Assembly: GCA_048937405.1 (NCBI GenBank)
Contig: JBHLNF010000002.1
Span: 64,001 to 128,000, forward strand
DNA: 64,000 nt
Source of the DNA: Promethearchaeota archaeon
Lineage (GTDB): Archaea; Asgardarchaeota; Lokiarchaeia; Sigyniarchaeales; SOKP01
Reading direction: 5' to 3'
The position numbers and the translations under genes are program-made. This document shows positions 49,877 through 60,048 of the stretch, piece after piece; position 1 is the stretch's first letter; each line of letters begins with the position of its first letter. A model generated the notes under the pieces. That model had not been told where the DNA came from and did no database searches. It was given only the letters and a program-made list of their open reading frames with translations.

Positions 49877-51763
49877 TTAGTTTTTATTCAGTGGTAATGA
49901 AAAACAAAACCTTGCTCCCTTATTTCGTCCTTCAGACTCAACCCATATTTCTCCACCATGTAATTCAACTATTTTTTTTGAAGTATACAAACCCATTCCC
50001 GTTCCCTCTGTACCAATATCCCAACCTTGACCGTATCTTTCAATTTTTCCAAATTGTTTAAAAATTTTTTTTTGCTCATCTTCAGATAGACCAATACCGT
50101 TATCTTGAACAGAAATAATTATATTATCCTTAGTTTCTTTAGCTTGAACTCTAATCTCTCCATATGGAGGAGTGTATTTTATAGCATTAATGATTAAATG
50201 AGTTACAACTTCATAAATTCTCTCTTTCTCAAAATCAAGATACAATTTATCGGGTAAATCTAATTTTATAAAATGATTTCTCGTCTTTGCTAACCCTCGC
50301 AAATCCTTTACACAAAATTTAATTAGAAATGATAAATCTTCATTTCTTGGTTGAAATTGGTATTTACCTGAATCTAACAATGTAGTTTTCAGAAGTTTGT
50401 TGATGATTGTTTCAAGTTGTTCAGTACCTTGTCTTATCTCCTGCAGAATTGATAATATGTCATTATCCAATTTTTCTTTATGTAATTCTAGTAAAAGTTC
50501 GGTAAATCCTTTAATTGAAATAAGAGGCGTCTTTAATTCATGCGAAGTCCTCTCAAGTAATTCTGTTTTTAATTGGTTAATTTCTCTTAACTCTCTCTCT
50601 GCATTTTGTCTTTCAGTTATATCTCTTATCATTGCCATTATATAATTTTTGTTTTCAAGCTTAAAACTACTTAAGGAAATCTCTGTATCAAAGAGGGTTC
50701 CATCTTTCTTCATATGTTTCCAATAGAATCTTTGAGGTTCGCCTAAAAGAGATTTTTCAATAAATTCATTAGCTTTCTTAATTGAATCTTTTCCATCTGG
50801 TTGCTTTATAGGTGATAATTTCCAGGGAGGAAGTCCCATTATCTCATCTTTATTATTATATTTAAATAATTTTACAAAAATATCATTACAATCAACAATA
50901 TTCTTCTCATCCATTATTCCAATAGGCTCATTAGCCCCATTAAAAATCATCCGATATTTTTCTTCAGATTGCTTCAGTAATTCCTCAGCTTTTTTTTTTT
51001 CAGTGATATCTATTATTGTTGCTAAATTAGCGGGTCTTCCATCATATTCAATAGATTTTGAGAAATTTTCTATCCAAATTATCTCTCCAGATTTTTTAAT
51101 CCCTCGATATTGGTAATGAACGCTTACATCTTTTTCTCCTTTCTGTTTTTTGGATAGTTGATTTAGTACAAGTTCGCTATCCTCTGGATGTATTGCACCA
51201 ACAGCATCTTTCAATTCCCAATCTATCATTTCTTCAATAGTATATCCAAAAATATTCGCATAGACTTTATTTATATATTTAATTTTATTGTCTTGAGCAA
51301 TAACAATTCCCATAAGAGATTGTTCTGCGATTCTTCTAAACTTTTCTTCAGATTCCTTTAATTTTTGTTCAATATGTTTTTTGTTAGAAATATCTCTCAA
51401 AACACTAACTAATTTTACTTTATCATTTATTCTTACTAAAGTTCCCTTAATATAAACAGGAATATAATAACCTTTTCTATTTCTAACTCTAAATTCCGTG
51501 TCAACTATAATTTCTTCCTGTATAGCTTTTTCAAAAGTTTCCATGATATGGGACCTATCGTCAGGATGGATATAATTAAAAATAGAACTTCCAATTACTT
51601 CTTCAGTGTTGTATCCAAACATGTCTTTAAAGTGGGGACTAACATAGCTAAAAGTACCATCAAGATCAATTTCAGCAATAATATCTAGAATATTATTGAT
51701 AATAAATTGGTATTTCTCAGCTGGTTCTTTTATAATACTATTTAATTCAGTCGTGAAAAACAC
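49877..51763 (-). CDS. Multi-PAS sensor histidine kinase
   Basis: Three PAS/PAC domains, SHELKTPL, NAIKYT, DNGIG, GTGMGL. Confidence 0.93.
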   Translation of the reverse strand: MFFTTELNSIIKEPAEKYQFIINNILDIIAEIDLDGTFSYVSPHFKDMFGYNTEEVIGSSIFNYIHPDDRSHIMETFEKAIQEEIIVDTEFRVRNRKGYYIPVYIKGTLVRINDKVKLVSVLRDISNKKHIEQKLKESEEKFRRIAEQSLMGIVIAQDNKIKYINKVYANIFGYTIEEMIDWELKDAVGAIHPEDSELVLNQLSKKQKGEKDVSVHYQYRGIKKSGEIIWIENFSKSIEYDGRPANLATIIDITEKKKAEELLKQSEEKYRMIFNGANEPIGIMDEKNIVDCNDIFVKLFKYNNKDEIMGLPPWKLSPIKQPDGKDSIKKANEFIEKSLLGEPQRFYWKHMKKDGTLFDTEISLSSFKLENKNYIMAMIRDITERQNAERELREINQLKTELLERTSHELKTPLISIKGFTELLLELHKEKLDNDILSILQEIRQGTEQLETIINKLLKTTLLDSGKYQFQPRNEDLSFLIKFCVKDLRGLAKTRNHFIKLDLPDKLYLDFEKERIYEVVTHLIINAIKYTPPYGEIRVQAKETKDNIIISVQDNGIGLSEDEQKKIFKQFGKIERYGQGWDIGTEGTGMGLYTSKKIVELHGGEIWVESEGRNKGARFCFSLPLNKN

Positions 51764-51933
51764 AACCCAGTTAATACGTTGATCTCACTTATTAAAGATT
51801 GAATAATATGGATAATTCGTTACGAATAATTTAGAAGTTACTTACTTATTTAATAATTAGCATTTAAGAGTTTAATCATAATTTCTATTAGATATTTTTT
51901 TATTAGAATAATAATATATTTATATAAATTAAT

Positions 51934-52509
51934 ATGAAGAGATCTATTGGAATATTAAAGATAGGATATATCACTCCATCATTTTTGGTCAAATTAAAGA
52001 AAAACCTCCAAAAATCATTTAAAAAATTTGATTTATCAATAAAGATTATACTGGAAGCTCTTCCTTTAGAAAAAGCAGACTATAATCAAGAAAAAGGGCA
52101 ATATAAAGCTTCTAAGATTTTAAATAAAATTGAAGATAACTATCAGAACAGCCGATTTTTTCGGATTTTGGGTGTAATAGATGAAGATATTTATTCAAGG
52201 GCCTTAAATTTTGTATTTGGTCTTGCGAAATATCCAAAAAACAGAAATTCTGAAAAGCCAGTAGTTGCGTTAATATCAATTGCAAGACTTAAAGAAACTT
52301 TTTATAATAGAATTGAAAATCCTTCTCTTTTTGAATTAAGAATACTAAAAGAAGCAATACACGAAATTGGACACACATTTAGTTTAGAACACTGTTCTCA
52401 ACTCTGTATCATGAAATTTTCAAATTCTTTAGCAGATACTGATAAGAAACCTCCAATTTTTTGTGATATATGTCATAATAAATTAAACAAATTTTTCAAA
52501 AGTCTCTAA
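51934..52509 (+). CDS. amzA: Archaemetzincin (M54 Zn metalloprotease)
   Basis: LNFVFGLA, KEAIHEIGHTFSLEHC...CIMKFSNS..DTD.K...FCDIC. Confidence 0.9.
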   Translation: MKRSIGILKIGYITPSFLVKLKKNLQKSFKKFDLSIKIILEALPLEKADYNQEKGQYKASKILNKIEDNYQNSRFFRILGVIDEDIYSRALNFVFGLAKYPKNRNSEKPVVALISIARLKETFYNRIENPSLFELRILKEAIHEIGHTFSLEHCSQLCIMKFSNSLADTDKKPPIFCDICHNKLNKFFKSL

Positions 52510-52517
52510 GTTTCTTA

Positions 52518-53519
52518 TTAAAATCTTTTCTTAAATTTAAAAAAAAGATCTTCACTAATTTTTAAAATTTTCTTATTATTCTTTACTAATTTTATTAAAT
52601 CAGATGATATATTCTTTAAACCAAAGTAAACACCAGCTAAACTCCCTCCAATTGCTCCTACAGTGTCACTATCACCTCCCGCAGTAGCAAGTTCAAAAAT
52701 ACACTCTTTAAAGGAAGAAAGCCTCTTTAAAAATATGAAAATTGCGCATACAACTGTACTAATAGTATAAGGATGAACGAATGCTTGACCTAAATATTGT
52801 TCAATAAAAAAAGGTGATTTCACTCCAGCTTGAGAAAATTTTATTAATCCAGATTCAATTGGCATATCTAAATTTGATTTCAATTTCATTAGAATTTCTA
52901 TAAATTCCTCCCAAATTTCATCTTGCGAATTTGAAATCGAATTAATTATTACTTTAAAAAATTCATCTATCGAAAAGCCAGATTCAGGATTTTTATTTAT
53001 TAAAAATGCAATAGCCCTAGCAATGACTATAGCTCCAGCTGAAGCAGCAGGATGAGAATGAGTAATTATGCTTGATTTTATAGCAGCTGCTTTTAATGAT
53101 TTTATATCCTTACTATAAAATAATCCAATCGGAGCAATTCTCATAGTGGTACCATTCCCGCCCGAGTTAGAAGCAGCTTGTTTCCAATCAATACCATATT
53201 TTAATTTACGTATAGAAGAAATACACCCATATCCTGGTCCAATGGGGGGATCATCTAACCAATTTATAAATTCTCTGATAAAATATTCGTGATTGAAACC
53301 ATTTCCTTTAATTAAAGCTTCAGCAGTATGAATTGTTAATTGAGAATCATCAGTATAAGTATTAAATAATTTTTTATTATTATAAACAAATTCTTCAAAA
53401 TCTTCGAAATAAGAATATATTTCAGAACGAAGTTTCCCTTCAAAAGGATGTCCTAAAGTATCTCCGATGGTTACACCCAATAGACATCCTTGAAATTTAT
53501 CTAAAAGATCGATTTTCAT
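52518..53519 (-). CDS. ADP-ribosylglycohydrolase (DraG/ARH family)
   Basis: GCLLG..IGD.LG.PFE, YTDDSQ, GNG..MRIAP, THSHP, GGDSDTVGAI.G. Confidence 0.92.
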   Translation of the reverse strand: MKIDLLDKFQGCLLGVTIGDTLGHPFEGKLRSEIYSYFEDFEEFVYNNKKLFNTYTDDSQLTIHTAEALIKGNGFNHEYFIREFINWLDDPPIGPGYGCISSIRKLKYGIDWKQAASNSGGNGTTMRIAPIGLFYSKDIKSLKAAAIKSSIITHSHPAASAGAIVIARAIAFLINKNPESGFSIDEFFKVIINSISNSQDEIWEEFIEILMKLKSNLDMPIESGLIKFSQAGVKSPFFIEQYLGQAFVHPYTISTVVCAIFIFLKRLSSFKECIFELATAGGDSDTVGAIGGSLAGVYFGLKNISSDLIKLVKNNKKILKISEDLFFKFKKRF

Positions 53520-53619
53520 ATTATCTAAAAATTGAGGTAGAATTATAAAATACTCGTTTTTAATTCTTTTAATTTTTATGTTTCATCAAAAGATTTACCG
53601 ACAGCTTTTAAATATCAAA

Positions 53620-55878
53620 TTATATTGCTTCTGGAATTGATAATATAAAATTACTTCCCTTTGAAAAATCTCCTTTAACACGATCCTCAACTCTAATTTT
53701 TGCTTTATAAGAATCTAAAATTCTCTTTACAAGCAAAAGTCCCAATCCAATACCTGAAGGAGTTCCTTCTTTTTTATATTCTCTACTAAAAATTAGTTGT
53801 TTCATTGAATCTGGAATACCTATACCATTATCTATAAATTCAAATTTAATGAATTGAATTCCATTTAACGTTTCCTCAGAGATTTTAATAATAACCTCAA
53901 CAAAAGGATTATTATTATGCTGGATAGCATTAGTAAGAATATTAACAAAAACATCTTTCAACAATTCATTCGCTTTTACAAAATAATTTTCTTTAGCTGA
54001 ATCAATTTTGATCTCAATTTTTTTCTGAGTAAAGTTATTTTTGACTGAATTAAATGATTCTATTAATATGTTGAAGGTGTTAATTGAAAATAAAGAACTA
54101 AATAACTCATCAGTTTTAGAAAGCTCTTGAACATTTGCTACTAACATTTTCCCTCTGATTACTTGTTCATAAATAAGATTTATAATTTCTTCAAGAGATT
54201 GTTTTCTGTGGGGATTAGCAGAAAATATTTTAACTAACTCTACAGATGTTAAGATGTTTTGCATTATGTTATTAATGTCATGAGTAAAAACATCTTTATA
54301 TAAATTACTGCGATTAAAAGCACTACGATACTTTTCCTCTGATTCTTTCAATTTTTTATTAGCATTTACACGTTCAGTTATATCCTTTACGTATTCAATT
54401 ACGCCAATTACTTTATTATCTTGTTGTTTTAAGGGAAATGAAGTAAGTTCAATCCAACCTATAGGATTCTCTTCAGAAGGATAAGGTACCGTTGAAATAT
54501 GCTTTTGTCCTGATTCTAATGTTAATATTGAAGGACACCATGGACATGGTAATTTTCTTTTTTGGTATATATCATAACATTTTTTTCCAATTAATCCTCC
54601 ATCACGATCATACATTTCTTGCATCCAATAATTTACACGTATAATGTTTAAATCCTTATCGAGAATACTTAATCCATCCTGCATTCCATCAAAAATATTC
54701 TGGAGGAATTTTTCATTTTTTTTTAATTCTTCTTCAGCAATTTTACGTTCATTAATGTCTCTGGTAATCATAAGAATTTTTACTTTACCGTCATTATCTA
54801 TAAATGTCTTACCATTTGTTTCTGTCCAAATATAATGACCATCTTTATGAGCAATCCTGGCTACAACAAAACCTTCTCCTTGTTTGAATGTGCTTCTCAT
54901 TACCTTAATTACCTTTTCTCTATCTTCTGGATGGACTAATTCAAATACATTTTTATTTCCAAGATCTTTATATGAATAACCCATTACTTTTTTATGAATT
55001 TTTTCATTAATATATTCAATTATACCCATTTCATTCACAACTGAAATTAAATCATTAAGATTCTCAGTAAGAAGTCGATATTTTTCCTCAGATTTTTTTA
55101 AATTCTCTTCCACTTTTTTACGATGTGTAATATCTAAGGCAGTGAATGTAACTCCCGCAGTCAGATCATTCGGATTAATTGGAGCTGATCTTATTAAAAC
55201 ATCAATTATTTTTCCATCTTTTCGTTTAAACTTGATCTCACCCATACCAATTCCATGATTTTGCATTTGATTATATTTATCTCTACCAACATATTCGTAA
55301 TCTTCATCTGTAACATATAGCATTCTAGCACTCCTACCAAGGAGCTCATCACGGGTATAACCAACGAGTTCACAAAACTGGGTATTTACCTGAACAAATA
55401 TACGATTAATAACAACTCCTATACCTGTAGGTGTTGTTTTAAAAATACTTTCTAAAGTCGCCTGATGATCTTTTAATATTTTTTCTGCTTGTTTGCGTTC
55501 AGAAATATCCTCACCTGAACTGAGGGTACCTATAATATTCATAGCTCCATCATATAAAACGCTATTATGCCATGCTATAACCTTCTCTTCTCCTTTTTTT
55601 GTAACTATAGGATTTTCAAAAAACTCTACGGCCTTCATCTCTCCCTTCATTATTTTTTGGAATACCCTTGACACCTGATCTTTTAAACGAGGAGGAATAC
55701 ATTTTTCAAACCAATTTTGGCCAATTAATTCTCCCTCTTTATATTCAAGAACTTCATATCCTTTTTTATTTAATAATGTAATCTCTCCATTCCTATTGAG
55801 AGCAATAATAATAACTCCTACTAAATCTAAATATAATTCTGCTTGGATATGCTCCAAATACTGATGAAATTCACTCAT
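53620..55878 (-). CDS. Multi-PAS sensor histidine kinase
   Basis: Four PAS domains, FTHDINN H-box, NAIQHN, DNGIGI, GIGLGL; same kinase subtype as 31545-33419. Confidence 0.92.
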   Translation of the reverse strand: MSEFHQYLEHIQAELYLDLVGVIIIALNRNGEITLLNKKGYEVLEYKEGELIGQNWFEKCIPPRLKDQVSRVFQKIMKGEMKAVEFFENPIVTKKGEEKVIAWHNSVLYDGAMNIIGTLSSGEDISERKQAEKILKDHQATLESIFKTTPTGIGVVINRIFVQVNTQFCELVGYTRDELLGRSARMLYVTDEDYEYVGRDKYNQMQNHGIGMGEIKFKRKDGKIIDVLIRSAPINPNDLTAGVTFTALDITHRKKVEENLKKSEEKYRLLTENLNDLISVVNEMGIIEYINEKIHKKVMGYSYKDLGNKNVFELVHPEDREKVIKVMRSTFKQGEGFVVARIAHKDGHYIWTETNGKTFIDNDGKVKILMITRDINERKIAEEELKKNEKFLQNIFDGMQDGLSILDKDLNIIRVNYWMQEMYDRDGGLIGKKCYDIYQKRKLPCPWCPSILTLESGQKHISTVPYPSEENPIGWIELTSFPLKQQDNKVIGVIEYVKDITERVNANKKLKESEEKYRSAFNRSNLYKDVFTHDINNIMQNILTSVELVKIFSANPHRKQSLEEIINLIYEQVIRGKMLVANVQELSKTDELFSSLFSINTFNILIESFNSVKNNFTQKKIEIKIDSAKENYFVKANELLKDVFVNILTNAIQHNNNPFVEVIIKISEETLNGIQFIKFEFIDNGIGIPDSMKQLIFSREYKKEGTPSGIGLGLLLVKRILDSYKAKIRVEDRVKGDFSKGSNFILSIPEAI

Positions 55879-56159
55879 ATTAGAATAATCGCCCCTTCTA
55901 TTTTTTTTAAATTAACAAAAATGTAAAAAATAATTTCTATACCATATCAAATAAAAAAATCTTGATATTTAAGATTATTTATAAAAAAAAAAAATGAGTA
56001 TAAGGTTATGAAATCTTCACTATATTCTATAAAGAATAAAATAGTTTTCATTAAATACACGTGATTTAATTTTGTCATAATCTTATTAATAAGTTTTATA
56101 TATTATTTATACTAATTAATGCTTTAGCTATTCATAAAAAATATTTAGATGAATTATTT

Positions 56160-57059
56160 ATGTCTGGAATTGAAAAATTAAAAAATGTAATCACTGCAAT
56201 GATTACACCTTTTAATGCGGATCTAATGCTTGATGAGGAGAAATATAGAGAATTTATACAATTTCAAATTAATAGTGGTTCTCAAATTTTAACTATGGGT
56301 ACAACCGGAGAGAGTGCTACAATGTCACATGAAGAACACCATATGGCAATGGATATTGCTGTTGATGAAGCTAAAAAGAGTAATAAAAATCCTTTTGTTT
56401 TAGCAGGAACTGGTAGTAATTCTACGAAAGAAGCAATTTCCTTATCCCAATATGCTGAAAAAGCAGGAGTTAATGGTGTTTTGATTGTTGTTCCCTATTA
56501 TAATAAACCAGTTCAGCATAGTTTGATAGATCATTTTTCAGCTATTGCAGATTCTATCTCTATTCCTATAATTTTGTATAATGTTCCGAGTCGTACAGGA
56601 AGAAATTTGGAACCTGATACAATTTCAAAATTAGCTTACTCAAAAGACAACATAGTTGGAATAAAATGTGCTAGTGGAGATATTGACCAAATAACTAAAA
56701 TTATTAAAACCACTCCAGATGATTTTATTGTATTAAGTGGAGATGATAGTATGACTTATCATATTATGGCACTAGGAGGAAAAGGAGTTATAAGTGTTGC
56801 TTCTAATATTATTCCATCAAGGTTGGTTGAATTTACAAACAGTATGCTTAATAACGACTGGATAAAAGCAAGAAAGATGCAACTAGATTTATATGATTTA
56901 TTCAAAGTTCTATTCGTTGAAACTAATCCTGGTCCAGTAAAATATGCCGCTGAAATTATGGGTTTAATGGATAAAAGAATGAGATTACCAATGACTCCTC
57001 CATTAGAAGAGAATCAAAAGAAAATAAAAAATGTTTTACAGAATTTAAATCTAATTTAA
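56160..57059 (+). CDS. dapA: 4-hydroxy-tetrahydrodipicolinate synthase
   Basis: GTTGES, GTGSNST, PYYNKP, YNVPSRT, GIK, SGDD, ETNPGPVK. Confidence 0.95.
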   Translation: MSGIEKLKNVITAMITPFNADLMLDEEKYREFIQFQINSGSQILTMGTTGESATMSHEEHHMAMDIAVDEAKKSNKNPFVLAGTGSNSTKEAISLSQYAEKAGVNGVLIVVPYYNKPVQHSLIDHFSAIADSISIPIILYNVPSRTGRNLEPDTISKLAYSKDNIVGIKCASGDIDQITKIIKTTPDDFIVLSGDDSMTYHIMALGGKGVISVASNIIPSRLVEFTNSMLNNDWIKARKMQLDLYDLFKVLFVETNPGPVKYAAEIMGLMDKRMRLPMTPPLEENQKKIKNVLQNLNLI

Positions 57060-57079
57060 TTAATACCTGAGGTTTAAAT

Positions 57080-57901
57080 ATGATAAAATTATTGATCATA
57101 GGACCGACAGGCTCAATGGGGATGTTAATCAGTAGATTAGCATTAAAAGATAATGAGATTGAAATTGTTGCAGCTTGTGACGTAGAAAGTATTGGAAAGG
57201 AATTAGGTATAGTCATAGGAACAAACGATCCAAACAAGATCAGCATTACTGATATAAATAATCTTCAAAAAATTATTGATGAAACCCACCCTGATGTGGC
57301 AGTAGATTTTACTATAGCAAAAGCTACTGAAAAAAATTGTATGATATGTGTTGAGAACGGAATTAGATGTGTTATTGGCACAACAGCAATGTCGGAGGAA
57401 TTTCTTTCTAAATTTGAAGAACTTGTAGTACAAAAAAAAGCACCAGCAGTTATATCTCCTAATATGGCTACAGGTGTTAACATTTTCTTCAAAATGGCTT
57501 CAATATTAACAAATTATTTATCTGAATGGGATATTGAAGTGATTGAAAGTCATCATCATCGTAAGGTAGACGTACCCTCTGGGACAGCAATGAAGATTGC
57601 AAATATAATCTGTGATACTCTTGGTTGTAATCCAGAAGAAACTATAAAATTCGGACGTTCAAAAGGACCTAATAAAAGGAAAGTGGGTGCTAAGAACGAA
57701 ATAGGAGTACATGCTATTCGTGGAGGTGATATTGTAGGAGATCATACTGTTTTATATGCTGGTCCTGGAGAAAGAATTGAATTAAAACATCAAGCTCACA
57801 GTCGAGAATGTTTTGCTGATGGTTCTATTAAAGCAATAAAATTTATAGCAAAAGCAAAAGAAAATAAGATTTACTCCACAAGTGAAGTTCTCGGGTTATA
57901 A
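57080..57901 (+). CDS. dapB: 4-hydroxy-tetrahydrodipicolinate reductase
   Basis: VDFT, VIGTT, PNMATGVN, ESHHHRKVDVPSGTA, IRGGDIVGDH, HQAHSR..FA.G. Confidence 0.95.
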   Translation: MIKLLIIGPTGSMGMLISRLALKDNEIEIVAACDVESIGKELGIVIGTNDPNKISITDINNLQKIIDETHPDVAVDFTIAKATEKNCMICVENGIRCVIGTTAMSEEFLSKFEELVVQKKAPAVISPNMATGVNIFFKMASILTNYLSEWDIEVIESHHHRKVDVPSGTAMKIANIICDTLGCNPEETIKFGRSKGPNKRKVGAKNEIGVHAIRGGDIVGDHTVLYAGPGERIELKHQAHSRECFADGSIKAIKFIAKAKENKIYSTSEVLGL

Positions 57902-57980
57902 CTAATAATTTTCTTAGAAAAAATCTTGTATATAAGATGAAATTCTAAAAAAGATCAGTACTGATCAGTATTTCCATTTA

Positions 57981-58325
57981 TCAACTCGCAAATTTCTCAT
58001 TATAAACCAAGAAAATCAGAATTACTCCGGAGAATATTAATGTTAATATATAATAAGAACAAAACTGCATTATGACAAATCCAATTAAAACATAAAATAA
58101 ACCAATATAACCTATAATGGGTTTATTTATATTTTCTTTAATACTAAGATAAAGCCCAATAATACTTTCAAAAAACCCTAATATCAAAAAGGGTAAAATA
58201 AATATGGAATATAAATCAACCCATCCTTCCATACTTAATGCTATAGGCACCAATATGAAGAAATAAATTATAACATTTAAAAAACCGATAAATATAATTA
58301 ATATACCAATTTTGATGTACCTTAT
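57981..58325 (-). CDS. Small four-TM membrane protein (114 aa if initiated at ATA 58325)
   Basis: Frame is open upstream of the TTG 58253 ORF start through a further hydrophobic helix (IRYIKIGILIIFIGFLNVIIYFFIL) back to an AGGTGAT SD. Confidence 0.6.
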   Translation of the reverse strand: MRYIKIGILIIFIGFLNVIIYFFILVPIALSMEGWVDLYSIFILPFLILGFFESIIGLYLSIKENINKPIIGYIGLFYVLIGFVIMQFCSYYILTLIFSGVILIFLVYNEKFAS

Positions 58326-58678
58326 AAAGTGATCACCTTTAAAACAATAATTTCGGATATTCTTTAGTATATTGATGATAATCTAATTTATAAAATAGTT
58401 TATTTGTATATTTTTTTATCAAAAGAAAAAATTATGGAAAGTAGACTATTTCTTCATGAAAGTAATGAGATAAAATTATAAATTATTATCAGTGCAGATC
58501 AGTATTATCATTAATCTTCTTAGTTTAGGAACTAAATGTTGATTTCATAACGCCAACACTTCATCGAGAGTATTAAAGGGTATCCAAGCCTTAATATTCC
58601 CACTTTTTATAATTTTATCTCAATATTAAAATAATAGATTAAAATTTTAATTTTATTGTTTCAAATAACGAAATGATA

Positions 58679-59992
58679 CTATTTTAGATACTCGGGAACT
58701 GATTGTGTCCTCAGTAAATCATCAAAAGTTTCTTCTCTACGGATTTTAAAAGTTTTTCCATCATTTATCAAAATCTCTGCGGGTCTGGGTCTTGAATTAT
58801 ATGGACTGCTCATAGTAAAACCATATGCACCAGCATCTAATATTGCTAGGTAATCTCCCTCATTTAATTCTGGTAAATCTCGTTCTTTACCGAGCACATC
58901 TCCAGATTCACATATTGGACCGACAATATCGTATTTTGAAATTTCTTTTTTATCCCTTTCTTTGCATGGAACTATGTGATGATATGATCCATATAAAGTC
59001 GGACGAATCAGTGTATTAAATCCGGCATCTATTCCTGCAAATAATTTGAATCCATTATCTTTTATAGTATTAATCTGTGTTAGAATAATGCTTGATTCAG
59101 CAGAAATATACCGACCAGGTTCAATATATAGAAACGGTTCTCCAATATCGGCTTTTTCAACTAATGCTTTAAAATTTTGCAATACAATTTCACTATACAA
59201 ATTTATATTTAATGGATTTGCATCAGGTTGATAGGGAATACCAAGACCACCACCAAAATCAACAAATTCAAAATAAATACCCAATTCCCTTCCTATTTTT
59301 TCTACCACTGAAAGAAATTTTTCGATAGGTTTTTCATAATCTTTCGCATCAATGATTCCTGAACCAATATGCTGATGAATACCAAATTTTCTAAATCCTA
59401 ATCTCTGTGCTTCTGAATATGCTTTAATCACTTGGTTTTCTAAAATTCCAAATTTTATTTTTTTTCCTGCTGTAATTGTATGAGGATGATGACCTGCTCC
59501 AAATTCGGGATTAAATCTAAAAGAAACGATCTTCTTCTCTTTTTCTAAGCTTTCATGAATCTTAGCTAGCCTTTTTAATTGACTAAAACTATCCAAATTC
59601 ACTAGTATCTCTTGTTTTATTGCAAATTCGAAATCCTCATTTGTAAACATATTTCCCGTATAAATTATTCGATCTGGTGGAACATTTGATTTCAAACAGG
59701 TAAATATCTCACCAATTGAGGTACAATCAAAAAATGATCCTTCAGAACTTAATATTTTTAAAATAGCCAAATTAATATTCGATTTTACAGCAAAATATAT
59801 TCTGTTTTTTTTATAGACTGAATTTAATTTTTCTTTTAATTCTCGATATCTTTTACGAACCATCTGTTCATTCATGATATAAATTGGAGTTTTAAATTCT
59901 TCAGCTATTTCGATCGTATTCATATTTGCAAAGTATAATATTCCATCCCTATATTCCAAATCTTTATGTCTTAACCAATCAATATATTTCAT
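58679..59992 (-). CDS. lysA: Diaminopimelate decarboxylase
   Basis: FAVKSN (PLP Lys), KFG, HQHIGS, DFGGG.G, IEPGR, GPICESGD, GAYG..MSS.YNSRP. Confidence 0.96.
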   Translation of the reverse strand: MKYIDWLRHKDLEYRDGILYFANMNTIEIAEEFKTPIYIMNEQMVRKRYRELKEKLNSVYKKNRIYFAVKSNINLAILKILSSEGSFFDCTSIGEIFTCLKSNVPPDRIIYTGNMFTNEDFEFAIKQEILVNLDSFSQLKRLAKIHESLEKEKKIVSFRFNPEFGAGHHPHTITAGKKIKFGILENQVIKAYSEAQRLGFRKFGIHQHIGSGIIDAKDYEKPIEKFLSVVEKIGRELGIYFEFVDFGGGLGIPYQPDANPLNINLYSEIVLQNFKALVEKADIGEPFLYIEPGRYISAESSIILTQINTIKDNGFKLFAGIDAGFNTLIRPTLYGSYHHIVPCKERDKKEISKYDIVGPICESGDVLGKERDLPELNEGDYLAILDAGAYGFTMSSPYNSRPRPAEILINDGKTFKIRREETFDDLLRTQSVPEYLK

Positions 59993-60048
59993 AATTTCAA
60001 TAAAATGGTATATAATTCTTATTTAATATAAATTTATAATTTATATCT

